DNA of 64,000 nt, taken from positions 2,046,001-2,110,000 of the forward strand of contig OZ037765.1 of NCBI GenBank assembly GCA_964035545.1, read 5' to 3'. Within the stretch, counting starts at the first letter, position 1, and the number at the start of each line of letters is the position of its first letter. The translations under genes and the position numbers were made by a program. The notes beneath the pieces were generated by a model. The model ran no database searches and was not told the DNA's origin. It saw only the letters and a list, made by a program, of their open reading frames with translations. Shown one piece after another: positions 10,651 to 23,710 of this stretch. The stretch comes from Bugula neritina (lineage: Eukaryota; Animalia; Bryozoa).

Positions 10651-13596
10651 TTCTTAGTCTGATTTCCTGTCAGGGCTCTTCTCTGTTGGAGATAAAAAAT
10701 AGCAATTAGTAATGCTTCTTAACCTCTAGAGCTAAAAAGCAAAGCATTCAAATAACATTAGTTGACATTTCTAAGCTTTTAATTTTATTAGTTTTCTACT
10801 ACTGCTTGGATTTTAAAGTGTCTTCTGCATCACCTATCTATGAGATGTTAAATGGTTACAATAACAGATCACATTGTACTCTATGTTTTAGGCTGTGCTA
10901 TTATAGCACAATTGGAAAATTAAACAAACTGATATTTTTAGAACTAACAATAACTATTTTTAAAATAAAAACCCAATTTTGTGCTCAATTAAATTATTAA
11001 TCAAGAAACCACTTACTATGCGCTACAATAAGTCATGTTTATAGAAACTGAAACTGCCATGTTTGAACAGCTTCATGACATGTTACACACAGTGCTTTTT
11101 GTCATAGTGCTTTACTAGCCATATAAAATCTTTCCCGAGCTTTGTTTCAGTTTATCTAATTAGTCAATCCAATAACTCAGTCAATAAGTGAATACAACCA
11201 ATATTTAACCCAAGCATATATTAATCAAAAATGGTAGTTGAAATTTTACATAATAATTTTAGAAATCCTGATTGAATAAAAGTAAAGCAGATGGGAATAC
11301 CATTGTGCTATGAAGACGTGTGTGAATGGAAATTTTTACTATAAGTTACTGTGGAGCTACTAGAAATTACTATAAAGTGTATCCATTTGTAGAAATAAGT
11401 TATGCAATAATTCACTAGGAAATACCACAACTGCTGTATATACCATAATATCTGCTATATATTTCTGATGACATTATTTATGTTTACGATGTTCCAGGAG
11501 TTACTTACCAATAAACTTTCACAGGCAATTGTCTATGCTGGCTTCTCTAAAATAAAAATAATTGCGTATTGGTATTCAAATTCAAAATATAACTTTGTGA
11601 TTTCATTAAAGGGATAGTTCTGAAACTGGCGCTGTGCCTAATTTACTTTTTACAGCCACCAGGTTATAGTAGGAAAGCCAATAAATAGTAAACAACATTT
11701 TTATCAAGCCTAAGTGAATGAAAAAACCAGCATTTTGAAACTTGCAAGTCGAAATCTTTCTTTCTAAATTTCATAAAAAGATTAAGCACTAAAACACAGG
11801 CACTGAAATTTGTTTCTATTGCAAACTTCATATTAGTTATGTAATTTATTTTCTAAAATAAACAGAAGCATTATATGTTATAGTCTAGTCTAATTTCAAA
11901 TATGGCAGTCAAAAACTTCTTGCAACGAAAATTTTCTCCTGTGATAAAAAAATGGTTCCGATGTATTTGATTTAGCATAGCTGATTAAGTGAAATACTTT
12001 AGTAGATTTTTATGCAATTAAAATGTTTATAAACAAAAGAGTTTATTTTTTGATTATGTAATAATTTTACTCTTTAACATATCAAATAACTTCAACAGTT
12101 ATAGCCAACGTCATATGTATATTTAAAGACAGCCCCATTGCAATATGGTCCCTATAAAGACTAAACTGACTTTAGGCAAAATATATACAGTGTAGCTTTT
12201 AAAAAAGTTTGAAAATCTTTATATATAAGTTCATTTAATTACAGCATAATATTATACAGAATATAATATAAAGTAAAGGCTTAGTTAGTATATACAAGGG
12301 CTACAAATATCTTACAAGACACTTTGTTACACATATTATAGCGATTCTCAAATATAATGACTTACCAATACAATACTGTACCCAGCAACTAACTAAAAAA
12401 TGTATAACCAAGTTGCAACCTTTTAAAGTAACAATCTAAACAGAAGATTCTAGAAATAGTAAACATCATAGCAACCATATTGATATAGCCACTCTCGTTA
12501 TTATATTTAACAATATACAAGCAAAGCAAAGAACAGAATTCCTAAAACTTTAGTTTTAAAGGAAATGGCAAAGTCATTGTGTGATGTTTTGTTTGTCAAG
12601 AAATCAAGTCCCAAATCTATTTTTAGATAAGATGAGCATGAAAACAGCGTGCTGACCTTAGGGTATGCGGATATTATATCACCCATGTTGGCAAAGGAGA
12701 GTGTACAAGTAGTTAGTATAAACAATACTACTTATTTTCAAAGCAATCAGCTGATTTCTACAACTGTTTCAAAGGCCATCAGCATAACATGCTACTGTTT
12801 ATATAAAATGCATTTCTATTGCGTTACTCAGTTTAAACAAGAGTCAAAAGTTAAATGATTTCATAACCACCTGAAATAAATGACAGAATTATATTATAAT
12901 ATTCTCTTAATATAATTATAACATAGTATATGCCGTATTATATGTCTAAATCTAATACAATATTGCAACAATATTGTATGTAATTATTTCATGAGTATAT
13001 AACTAATAAGAAGCATAAAGCATCTGGCTGGCTATAAGTGGCTTTTCATAGTGCTTATCACTAGTTATGACTCGCCCTATCAAGAGAGGACAAATACCAT
13101 ATTGACAAATATACTTTATTAATTATTAATAATAATTATAATGTGATAATAATATTTCTTTATATTATACACAATGTTTTGAGCAAATTTTATAAAGCAA
13201 TTACCATATATTATAGTAGTAATTGTGCTCAAAGCTATGTCCTGAAAAAAGTAGAACGGCAGATAAAAGAAATCAAACTCATGTTGTGACCAGATATAAG
13301 AATTCAGAATTGCTTCCTCTCTCCTTTCACTGCTATTGGGAAATATGCATATTGAAAGAGAAATGAGCTACTGTGGAGAAAAACTATAATAGAATCAGGA
13401 GTAAAAAGTAGGTACATAAAATGGGTCTATGGTAACAAATTTTCAAGAAATAAGCAAATATTTAAACTAAATTATTTCTGTTCTAGAATTTATATAATTA
13501 CCAGTTTAATTAAAATAACTTTAAATAAAGAAAACTATAGTTATCTTTGTTATAATATATATCACATTTCAAAAGCTAGGAACTGCTTTTACTGCA

Positions 13597-13710
13597 GAAG
13601 CTAGTATACTATAGATGCTAGTACACTATAGAAGCTAGTATACTATAGAATCTAGTACACTATAGAAGCTAGTATACTATAGAAGCTAGTACACTATAAA
13701 AGCTAATATA
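13597..13710. repeat. 20-bp tandem repeat, about 5-6 copies
   Basis: (AGAAGCTAGTATACTACTAT)-like units between paralogs B and C. Confidence 0.85.
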
Positions 13711-14674
13711 TATTAATGTACCTTCTAAATAAAAGTTTTGCCTTAATATTTTGGCAGTAGAAAACGCTTTTTATGCCAATGAATGAAGTGTTTTCACCTG
13801 ATTATTCTTTCAAATTAGCTTTTAAAGATGTTTAGTAATAAAATTTATGGCACCAAAATAATTTATCCACAAATATTTTCACACGGAGTAATACTAGGAT
13901 TGACTGTTTACGTAGACTCTCTGCAATGTTTACTAATCTAAAAATAGCTAGAAGAATCCTGCGCTTACAACAAGAATAATATTGAGTAAGACTGAGACGC
14001 TGATCAACATTTTACCAGTTGCCAATTGCGAATAATTAACTCGCTGTTGTTATTTATGAGAAGAAAATGTCTCACAAACATAGTATTGGCTCAACCGGAA
14101 AGACTATTCTTGGTAAATACTGAAACTTTGTTATTTGAGAAGTTTATGACTTGTGTGAAGATGTTTATAGTCTATGCCTTTCAGTGTTTATATTATCAGT
14201 GATTGTAAATAGTAAGATACAAGTCTGCGCTGTTTGTTTATTATTTGATAATTAAAGTCACGTTTAAAAAATATTTCCTTTGCTCCATTTTATTTAACTT
14301 AAGGTGTAGTATACAAGATAAAACACTAAACTGGCCTTTTGTAAATGAATAAAAAAGATTACACAATTAGAAGTCAAAAACATCTAAATTTTATAACTAC
14401 AACCTTGAATTTGATTCAATATGCGCACCAATGGTTGAAGCTAAAATTTTTCTCAGAAAAATTAGTTACATACATGTAGATACAATATAAACACATTATT
14501 TGTTTAAAAATATGAATATAATAATGAACTGGTAATAAATGGTGATGATAAAATAATACGTGATAATGAAATGTTTTGTCTCTAACTATTATAGTGTGTG
14601 AGTTTATAGCTATTAATGATGACTGTTTTTGCTGTGATAAATCTTTAGCAATCTTATTTCAAGTACTGGAGTTA

Positions 14675-17600
14675 TCAGCTCTCTGTCTTGTTGTTGTGAG
14701 GTTTGTTCTTAAACCATTCCAATTCAAGCAAAACAAACGAAAACGAAGCAAACACAATCAAGCTTCCAGCAATAAAGAATGCAACGTCATACGATCCAAA
14801 TGTGTCGTATATTTTGCCTACAAAAAAGCAAAATATTTGAGTATCAAAAAACAGATACTAGAACAACAATTCTTACCCAAGACAATAGAAAGGTAAGGTG
14901 TGCTATAAATGAATCTATTAATGCATACAATCTCTAATCTGACATTTCATAAGTGTGTTTTTACTCCTGCATTGTTTTTACAGTGTAAATCACTAACTTT
15001 CTAGCATATTCTAAGAGTACATGCACGTTTTTATAGGTTTTATAGTAGAAAACTTTTATTAGGAATCTTTAATTACATATTATATAATACTGGTATATAC
15101 ATAGTTCCAGTTGTTTAGAGGCAATAACTTTATTGAAAGTTGCTTTAAATTGACATAATATAGGTAATAAACACGCATGCACTAGTTTAACATAAAACAG
15201 TTTCACATTCAACGTGAAACAGTGATACAGCTACTGTGTTATATGTGTGGCATTATGGCTCAACTTCTAGATAAGTTGATGAAACATTTTGAAAATTTTC
15301 AACATTTTTACCACTTTTAGTAACTGGTTCAAGAGTTGACTATATAGCGTAGTATTACGTCAAATTTTCATCTCAAGTATGGGTTGATTTTATGCTGTTA
15401 ATTACTCAATGCAATGCAGTAGTTTTTATAGTAATAAAATGCAGTTTCACTCGACGCTGTTTTGCAAATTTAACTTTTAAATTTTGTGCGTGCCTTATTA
15501 CTATAAGTCCTGAGTAAATCTTTATCGTATCTGCTAAATATATAAATATTTGAATTACCGTCTGCAACGTTTCATCTCTGTTTTTGCAATAGTTAACATA
15601 TCTTCACGTCATTATTATACAAAACAATATTTGAAGATAGATGTTGTGTATAAACTCTGTTATGAAACACAGTTCTTTGTACCTGCTACAGCAAAAGTGT
15701 TCAAAATTTTCCATGCATATCTACTTACCTGCTATTGGTGGACCAATTATAGTTGATACTCCTCTAAGCAGAACAGTGATGCCATAGGCTGTAGTTAGTT
15801 TGTCTAAGCCAATCAAATCAACCAACACAAGTGGGGAAAGAGCAACATGCCCGCCTAAAAAAGTAATGAAAATACACTTTATTTTTAGTTTTCATAGAAT
15901 GTGATGCTATAGTTTAATTCTGCAGTCATTAAACTGTCTCAAACAGTCAAAATCAAATTAATTTATTCAGAACAATGTTATGTGATAAGCAGGGAACTAA
16001 AAGCATTGTCAAGGTACTATTATATACAAACTAAAACTTCAACATTATGATTTATAAAATATTTGGCTGTTTTTAACTCTCCAACAACAGTAGCCAAATA
16101 TATATTACTTCACTTAGGACAGATGCAGTAGTGAAATGATTTCACCGGAATAAGTTTTTCAAATATTTTTATGAATTTTGGTTTGAAGCGCTGCAGTTGC
16201 AGACTCTGTGAGAACCTAAGTCTTTTTTAAATATGTCTCATATGGAACACAGGCTTTTTTCAATGCTTCTACTATTGCAGTGTACCTTGCACTGACTTCT
16301 TTGTTGAGGAATCAGAATGTTAATCCAATGATAAACTACACAAATTTTTATAACAACAAATTAATTGGTAGGATGTAAAACAAAAAGAGCAGCCTGTGAT
16401 CTAGTGGTTTAGTAAGCACAAGGTCATGGGTCCATGAGTTAGACAAGGTCATTTGTGATGTCAAGAAAGGCATTCTGCCATAATCGCGCCCTCGTCATGG
16501 CAGAGAATGTCCTTAACTCACTTAAAAAGTGCTCCCAGGGATGATGACTTTAAACAAATCGTGAGTCCGTATAATGCTAGATCTCACTTATACAGTGCTG
16601 GTCATATCCACCATTACATAAGATGACACAATGTAAGTACAGAACACAGTATAACGTAAGCACAGTGATGACTTACCTATAAAGAACCCGTAGCCAAATG
16701 CAGAAACTGCCATTGCTATGTACGTCTTACAGAAAGGCATGACTACACAGGATATTCCAGCCAGAAATAGAAAGATATTGTGAACCAGAAGAGCTCTTAG
16801 GTTTGGAATCTGAGCAATGACACAGGACAGCAGACGTCCCAGCATCGTGCTAACTCCTGAAATAATGCTTATTTTTTGTAAGATTTTATAAACTAAGAAA
16901 ATTTGAAGATCATACTAAGCCTAGCAATCAACTTATTATAATATGCTACATCTACTATAATATAGGACTTGACCTCCTTCTCTTTTAGTCACAAAATATG
17001 ATGCCATAATGACTAAAAATGCAGAAGTAAATTCATACCTAGTATAGAAATGAGAAAGGAAGCTTTTCCACTCTCCACTCCCATCTGAACAGCTCTTACG
17101 CTGGTGAAAGCGAATGGTATGAGATACGCTATCATTATTAACCAGGAGAGAAATGCTATTAGGTTGAAAGCTGGCATTTTCAATAAACTCAAATCCAACA
17201 TCTCTGAAACAGTCATCATAGAGTTCACAATAGTCATAAAATGATGTGTTAAATATTTCAGGAGAAGAACTTATAAAGCAATAATTGTTTTCTTGTTAGT
17301 ATTATATGCAATTAGTAAACATCCCTTGATATGTATGGGTAAAATTTAAATTTTGATGTGGTTTAATAATAAAACGTCAGTAGTAAACCCCTTTGAACGC
17401 AAGTTTTATAAAACTTTTGCCCCTTTGAGATTCGAACATGAGACCTCCGGCTTGCAAGCAGGGTCACTAACAAGTACACCGCAGGGCCACTGGGTAACCC
17501 CAACACTACAGGTTCTTAGAATCAGTTATTTTAGCTTAAATTAAGAATATGTGCAAATATTGTGTTAATTATGTTAGTAAATATTACCTGAAAGTGTATC

Positions 17601-20600
17601 AGTGATTTGTCGAGGGAGACAACTGCAAACGTTTGTAGTAGTTTTGTTGTGCATAGCAGGTATAGATATGACACTAGCTACATAATCTTGTGTTTTGGAG
17701 GTGTCTTTATACTCGGGCAAATTTAGAACACTTCCGCTGTAGAATATGTCCTGTAAAACACAATAAATTTAACATTTGTTGCACCATTTTACATTTTCAA
17801 AATAATTAATCATGTATATTTAACCGTTATTAAAAGGTTTTGAATCAAGTTCTAATTCTGCTCTCATGCATATTTTGTTTACTAGATTAAAGTTGTAACC
17901 TTTTTTTGTTGCTGATTAAAAAGTTATAAATTGCAGGATTGCTATTAGAGAAACTTCAGAGCCTGGTTTTAAAAACAGATAGGAAAGACAACTTCAAAGA
18001 TATGCTTGAATAAAAAATTGATCATCTGTTGTAAATTTAGAGAGCAAGAATGCTAAAATAGATATAACGCTAAAATTTTGTTTCCCAAAATAACCAAGAG
18101 AAGCAGTTATAGCACCTACTGCTGTAAGAAAATATAGATCAAATATAAATTCAGTGAAAAAAGTGCGAGAGAATCCTCTCTATGCTATGCCAGGAGAGTA
18201 AAAGGTGAGGTATGAGCAACCTCTTCTACTTATCTACCTTTTAAACTTCACAACTGCACAAATATATTAACTTGAAAGTTGCATCCTAATGTATACCATA
18301 AGGTTTTAGTAAGGTTTAGAACTGTTTTATGTCATGAGATAATGTGTGCAGGATCTTCTAGATCAACTCTGTTTTACTGAATACTAACGAGGTAGGTATC
18401 AAAAGGAAGTGGTGTTTCTTGCCATTTAGATTGGCGGGTGTGGCAAATATATCTAATTAGTAATTGTAATGTATCTATGCCATATTTTTATGTTGAGTAT
18501 AGATTTTTCACATACACCAATCCAATGATAGAATAAAAGAACCTTCTTGTACCCCCCCCAATAGAATAAAAGACACACCTTCTACTAGATAGAATAAGAG
18601 ACACACCTTCTACTAGATAGAGTAAGAGACACACCTTCTACTAAATAGAATAAAGGACACACCTTCTACTAAATAGAATAAAGGACACACCTTCTACTAG
18701 ATAGAATAAAGGACACACCTTCTACTAAATAGAATAAAGGACACACCTTCTACTAGATAGAATAAAGGACACACCTTCTACTAGATAGAATAAAGGACAC
18801 ACCTTCTACTAAATAGAATAAAGGACACACCTTCTACTAGATAGAATAAAGGACACACCTTCTACTAGATAGAATAAAGGACACACCTTCTACTAGATAG
18901 AATAAAGGACACACCTTCTTGTACATTGGTCTCTTCAGATCTTCTGCCTCTTCTACAGTCAGAGTTGTGACAGTCTTGTGACCGGAGAGTCTGTTGGTAC
19001 TGTGATACACATTTATACTTCCTACATTCAGTCTACTTCCTAGTGCACCTGTCCTCATGTTCGGTTGGCTACTCGTAGCTACAATCATACATACGAGTCA
19101 GAAAGAAACCAGCATAGTAAAAATTAACCATTAGTCATAACTATACTCTAAAATTTAAATGGTACATTGGCATTGTTTATTATAGGTCAGCATTATCCTT
19201 ACAGTGTAAATCTACTATTAAATGTAAACAACTTCTTTTTAATAAATTTAAAAATGTAAATTCCCAATAATTTGAAATTCACTTTGTGAATAGGTCTGGT
19301 GTTTGAAATATATATAAATTGGGCATATAGTTATACAAAAACAATTAATATATAAAGCAATTCAATGCATGCACTGCCTTGCTTGCTATAGAATACTATA
19401 TATTACAGTATAACTGACCCAATCTTAGTTTCTCAAACTTGTCAGAAGTTTCCTTTGAGTGGCCATTAAGTTTAGTAAGGGAACCTTTAGCCTCAGCATC
19501 TTTGTTTTCAAGCCTTTGTTCCAACTTCAACTTCCTGTCATGCTTTGATTGTAGAGGTCGAATAAGTGCAGCAAAAACACACCCGTGAAGGATAATTCCA
19601 GCTAAACGATTAAAGTATATTACGTTATATCAGCACAAAGTAATTATAAAATATGTATATGAGAAAACAACAGATATTATTATATAAAATATACTTTGGT
19701 AGGTATATACTTTACCGTGATTAGAATAAATAATTAGAGTTGTAGTGTTGAGTTTACTCAGTGGTCCCCGTGGTGTAATGGTTAGCACACTTGCTTGTAA
19801 GCCAGAGATCTCGGGTTCAAATCCCAGTGGGGGCAATTATTTTTCAAGAGTACTAAGCATTCTTAATTTGGAAGTTATTTTTTGTTCAAAGAAGTGGTAA
19901 AAAGTTTTAATAAAATTGAGTTCATTAATACAACATTTTTGTTGACTAATAATAATAATTTACTCGCATAATTTTACTAAATTTGACCAACCAAGAAACG
20001 TTTTATGATTAGTTTCCAGTTTGTTTCGGTTTATCAAGTTCCAACACAGTATATATTAAAGTTTTATTTATAGCCCAACCCACCAATAATATAATGGGCT
20101 CTTTTCCAGTCCATATTATCCAATAAGAACTTTCCGGTAGGTCCAAAAACAAATGTACCAACTCCTGTACCGCACATGCCCAAACCTACCGCTAGGGGGC
20201 GCTTCTTCTCAAAATATAGAGATACGCTGATTACTGCTGGCATGTACATTAGCCCAAAACCAATGCCTGTAATGAGTATGATCATAGACATCAAGAAGTT
20301 GTCTTCTCTTTTAGGTACAAAATTAACAGTCACTATGATAATATGTTAACACACCATGTGTAACTTATGGCAGGGAGGGATGTTGTAACATTATAAGTAT
20401 GTGCACTAGGCCTAGTCATATATTATTATAAGTATTCCTTAAAAAGACATTCTTCTGTCTTTACCACAGCATTGTATTCACTCATGTGATTCCATTATTT
20501 GCTTTTATGCAGCCAAACATGAGAGAAGTTTGCTTAATACATTCTTGCAAGGTTTGAGTAACAAATGTGTTTTCACTTGTTGTGTCATTTTTGCTAAATT

Positions 20601-22551
20601 CCCTACTGTATTGTAATAAATGATTACTGCAATAAACTGCTAGCAAAAGATATAGTTATCTTCATATGTATTCAGACTTTGTTAATGTATTTGACAATTA
20701 CGTTTATGAACTGTGATGTGCATTAGTATTAAGTAATAACTATAAAGTTTTATGCAATTAATCTATGAATTGTTCATTTCGTCCAAATGATTGTTATATT
20801 ATAATGTACTTATTTTATTCTTCGTCACATTTCATTTATTATTATATGGTTTTTGACTTTTAATGGCTATAAAAATACAAGTAAAGTTTGCTCAATAGCT
20901 TTCAATGACTATAACAATTAATACTGACCCTAAAAGTACATGACTGAAAGGTTATCTGCAGTTCATTTAGACATAAGCTGGGAAAGGATAATTCACGCTG
21001 ACCAACAGCTGCCGAGTAGGTGTGACTGACCAGCACTAATTACTAACAGAAAGAGAGAGTAATCAGATGCATTGTTGTTAGTATAATATGATTTACTAAA
21101 GGGTCAATGAGCTTTGATGACATTGCAGTCATTGCATCCACTAGTTGAGTTTTCCAATGAATTAATTTCACCTTTAACAAAATGTTGAAATGTTCTGATG
21201 AAAAAATGCAGAGGAATTTTGCAGTATTTCTTCTTCAAAATATTTCAAGTAATGATTATAACTGAAAAATGAAATATATTAATTTCATGAATAATGTTAC
21301 TGCGTGTTGCATTTGAAGATCGTAATGCAAGGTGACGATGTCCTTAATATTCGAAAAGGGTGGTTATGTCATTGGTTCAAGAGCAGATAGATGATGTCAC
21401 TAACATGTAGACAGAGTGATGATGTCACCAATTGCGAGAAAGGTGATGATGTCACTGATTTGTAAGCAGGGTGATGATGTCACTGATTTGTGAGCAGGGT
21501 GATTACTTTCATTAGTTTAATGAAGCAACTTAGGTAATTTAGCTCTCAAGGTTTGCCTATGTGATTGGTAGACAAAAGGTCTTTGTGAGATTTAGTTTAT
21601 AAATTACCATGAGCTACCCACGTTACACCAACAAAGTAAATGGACATGTGGTGAGACCCTGTATACACACCTGGAGACACTACTGATAGGATGTGTGAGA
21701 CCCTGCATACACACCTGGAGACACTAGTGATAGGATGTGTGAGACCCTGTATACACACCTGGAGACCCTGCATATACACCTGGAGACCCTGCATATACAC
21801 CTGGAGACACTAGTGATAGAATGTGTGAGCAACTCACCTCCAAACACTCCAAACAAGACTATCATAGTCAGAATAGAGTTGGAGAAAGTACACACCACAA
21901 AGGAAATGGCTGCCAATATTGAACCAGAAATGCCCACAGGACGGCATCCAAACTTGTTTATCAGAGCACTTCCAACTGGAGCTGGAAAAATATGTTCATT
22001 TTAATGAATCATTTATGAACTAGAAATGCATTTTATTTGAGTTATAGAAATTTATACAAGTACATATATGTTTCAAATACTGATAGTGAAAGAATGTCTT
22101 AACTTTAACAAATAATTTTTATTGATATAATGTTCTTAGTTTGCACAAATTTAAAAAAGTTAAACTAACTTTCATTTTTTCACAAACACTGAAAATAACT
22201 GCAGTTTGATGTTGTAGACATCAACAGTATACCTGAGAGCATGTAACATCCAACTAGAGTAGACATCAGTGCACTGGTGGTCGCAGCAGAACTTTCAAAG
22301 TAGTTTGCATACTCCAACATGAAGGATCCAAAAGCGTAGCAAATTCCATCAAGTATAAATTGATTCATAAATGAGGCTAGCACTATCACCCACCCCCACC
22401 CTCCATCAGGTGGAGTAACAATAAACTCGTTTATGTCTGCATTTATAGTAGATTCTGTTGGTTCATCTGCTTTTGTCTTTTCTGACTCATCAATTTGACT
22501 GAGAGGTACGAGCTCTGACTCAGTGCCACCATTACTCATACTATTTGTCAT
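14675..22551 (-). CDS. SLC16/MCT-family transporter, paralog C, about 589 aa. Exons 22551-22233, 21981-21838, 20266-20084, 19601-19419, 19078-18915, 17750-17588, 17203-17039, 16856-16677, 15854-15729, 14817-14675
   Basis: Same exon structure and motifs as paralog B; intact frame (1770 nt); stop TGA at 14677-14675. Confidence 0.93.
16390..16556 (+). mobile_element. Degenerate SINE-like element, family 2
   Basis: A-box-like TGATCTAGTGG head, core GGTCATTTGTGATGTCAAGAAAGGCAT shared with 29717-29920, and an ACTTTAA end. Confidence 0.45.
17418..17510 (-). mobile_element. tRNA-derived short interspersed element
   Basis: Minus strand TGTAGTGTTGGGGTTACCCAGTGGCCCTGCGGTGTAC...CTTGCAAGCCGGAGGTCTCATGTTCGAATCTCAAAGGGGCA; colinear with 19741-19835. 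Confidence 0.72.
18527..18920 (-). repeat. 28-bp donor-containing array, about 13 copies (paralog C intron 5)
   Basis: (ATAGAATAAAGGACACACCTTCTACTAG)n on the + strand, ending in the exon; same unit as 7620-7700. Confidence 0.97.
19741..19835 (+). mobile_element. tRNA-derived element / tRNA pseudogene (tRNA-Gln-like scaffold at 19764-19835 with a defective anticodon arm), best-preserved copy
   Basis: GTCCCCG TG GTGT AATGGTTA GCAC A CTTGC TTGTAA GCCAG AGATC TCGGG TTCAAAT CCCAG TGGGGGC A: acceptor and D stems pair, A and B boxes are intact, the anticodon loop is 6 nt with a stem mismatch, and the T stem is imperfect. Confidence 0.75.
21388..21505. repeat. Degenerate 28-bp tandem repeat, about 4 copies
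   Basis: GATGATGTCACTGATTTGTGAGCAGGGT-like units. Confidence 0.75.
21650..21830 (-). repeat. Compound 22/44-bp repeat just downstream of the exon 2 donor of paralog C
   Basis: Repeated GAGACCCTGCATATACACCTG and GAGACACTAGTGATAGGATGTGT blocks; homologous to the intronic part of the 9272-9534 duplication. Confidence 0.9.
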
Positions 22552-23630
22552 TTTTCAGTCTGTTGGAGTTATCCTTCCCGCTAGGGTAATCCTTTTGAAG
22601 GGAGTAATTTTGGTACTCTCTGAATTTTTCTAAAAGAATTGAAATGTTCAAACTTGAATATTCTAATTACTTTTATGTAAAACATGTGATACTTCATTAG
22701 CTAGCAGTTGACAGCTAAACTTTCTTCTCGAATGAAAGTCGGCCATTATTTAAAGCAAGATAATTAATTCCATTTGATTGGCCAGAGACTAAATCTATAA
22801 TTACTGCTACAGATACTATTCTATATACTTATATGAAACAGATACATCAAAAGACGTCAAATTATAACATACTTCATAAAAATAAACTTGTGGGAAATGA
22901 ACCGAAGCTAAAGCTCCCCCCCCCCCCATAAAAGTTAACAATATATAATGAATTATATATCCAGTTAAAATATATTTTAAGGATATATTACAACTTATAG
23001 CATAGCCTTATGTCTTATGTAAAGAGGTTATTGAAAGCTTCAACATTAGGCATCCAATTATTTATGTGTTTCTGTTATAAAATTGCAGGCTATTGAAACT
23101 GATTTCTAAATCTTATGAAAAACAGACTTAGATATAAAGTATTTGTATCTATCATCTAATATGAAGTATAAAATAATTCTGTTCATTATATAATATCCAG
23201 TATGAATTAATCTTATCTAATATTTTGGAAAAACGTACTTGTTAAGAAATTTATTAACTAAACATGTACTTTTCTACAAATTCATATTTCTCAATAACCC
23301 TATCATTGTTATATCAATTATAGTTGATTTACAGTAGAGAGTAGATAACTTAAACCACTTGCCTCCTTACTGCTGCTTATCTATAAGTTTATCTCTTGTC
23401 CCTAATCATTCGAAATATTGCTTTGATTTAATTTATTATATAATTATAAGAGAAAGAGTAGTAAATATTAAAGTGCTATGAGTGTATATGAAACTGATAG
23501 CCTTCTTACTACAGCAGCGTATATTTGTTGTTTCAGAAAATTTTAATATAAGGCATTAACCCGCTCGCTACTAGCTCAACAACATTTTCATCAGAAATCT
23601 TTTGTCCTAACTCAAATACAAACAACTTAC

Positions 23631-23710
23631 CTTAAGCTTGTTGTATGTACGCTGACTTTAGAAAGCTGACTTTAGACACTAAATCTAATAAAACTGGCAC
23701 TAGCTTTATA
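23631..23710 (-). promoter_or_regulatory. Putative TATA/Inr promoter and non-coding first exon (about 23680-23631) of MCT paralog C
   Basis: TATAAAG at 23710-23704; Inr-like TTTAGT with its A at 23680 (exactly 30 nt downstream); consensus donor AAG|GTAAGT at 23631/23630; acceptor TTCTTTTAG before 22629, upstream of the ATG. Confidence 0.6.

Noticed and set aside
18527-18920. CRISPR-like appearance of the 28-44 bp arrays
   Set aside because: Units are head-to-tail without unique spacers, the context is eukaryotic, and there are no cas genes.
19764-19835. Functional tRNA gene
   Set aside because: Anticodon loop is 6 nt with a stem mismatch, the T stem is imperfect, and there are several degenerate dispersed copies; treated as a tRNA-derived repeat.
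4655-22551. Paralogs B and C as an uncollapsed haplotype artefact
   Set aside because: Several exons and nearly all intron sequence are far too diverged for alleles, and both copies have intact frames.
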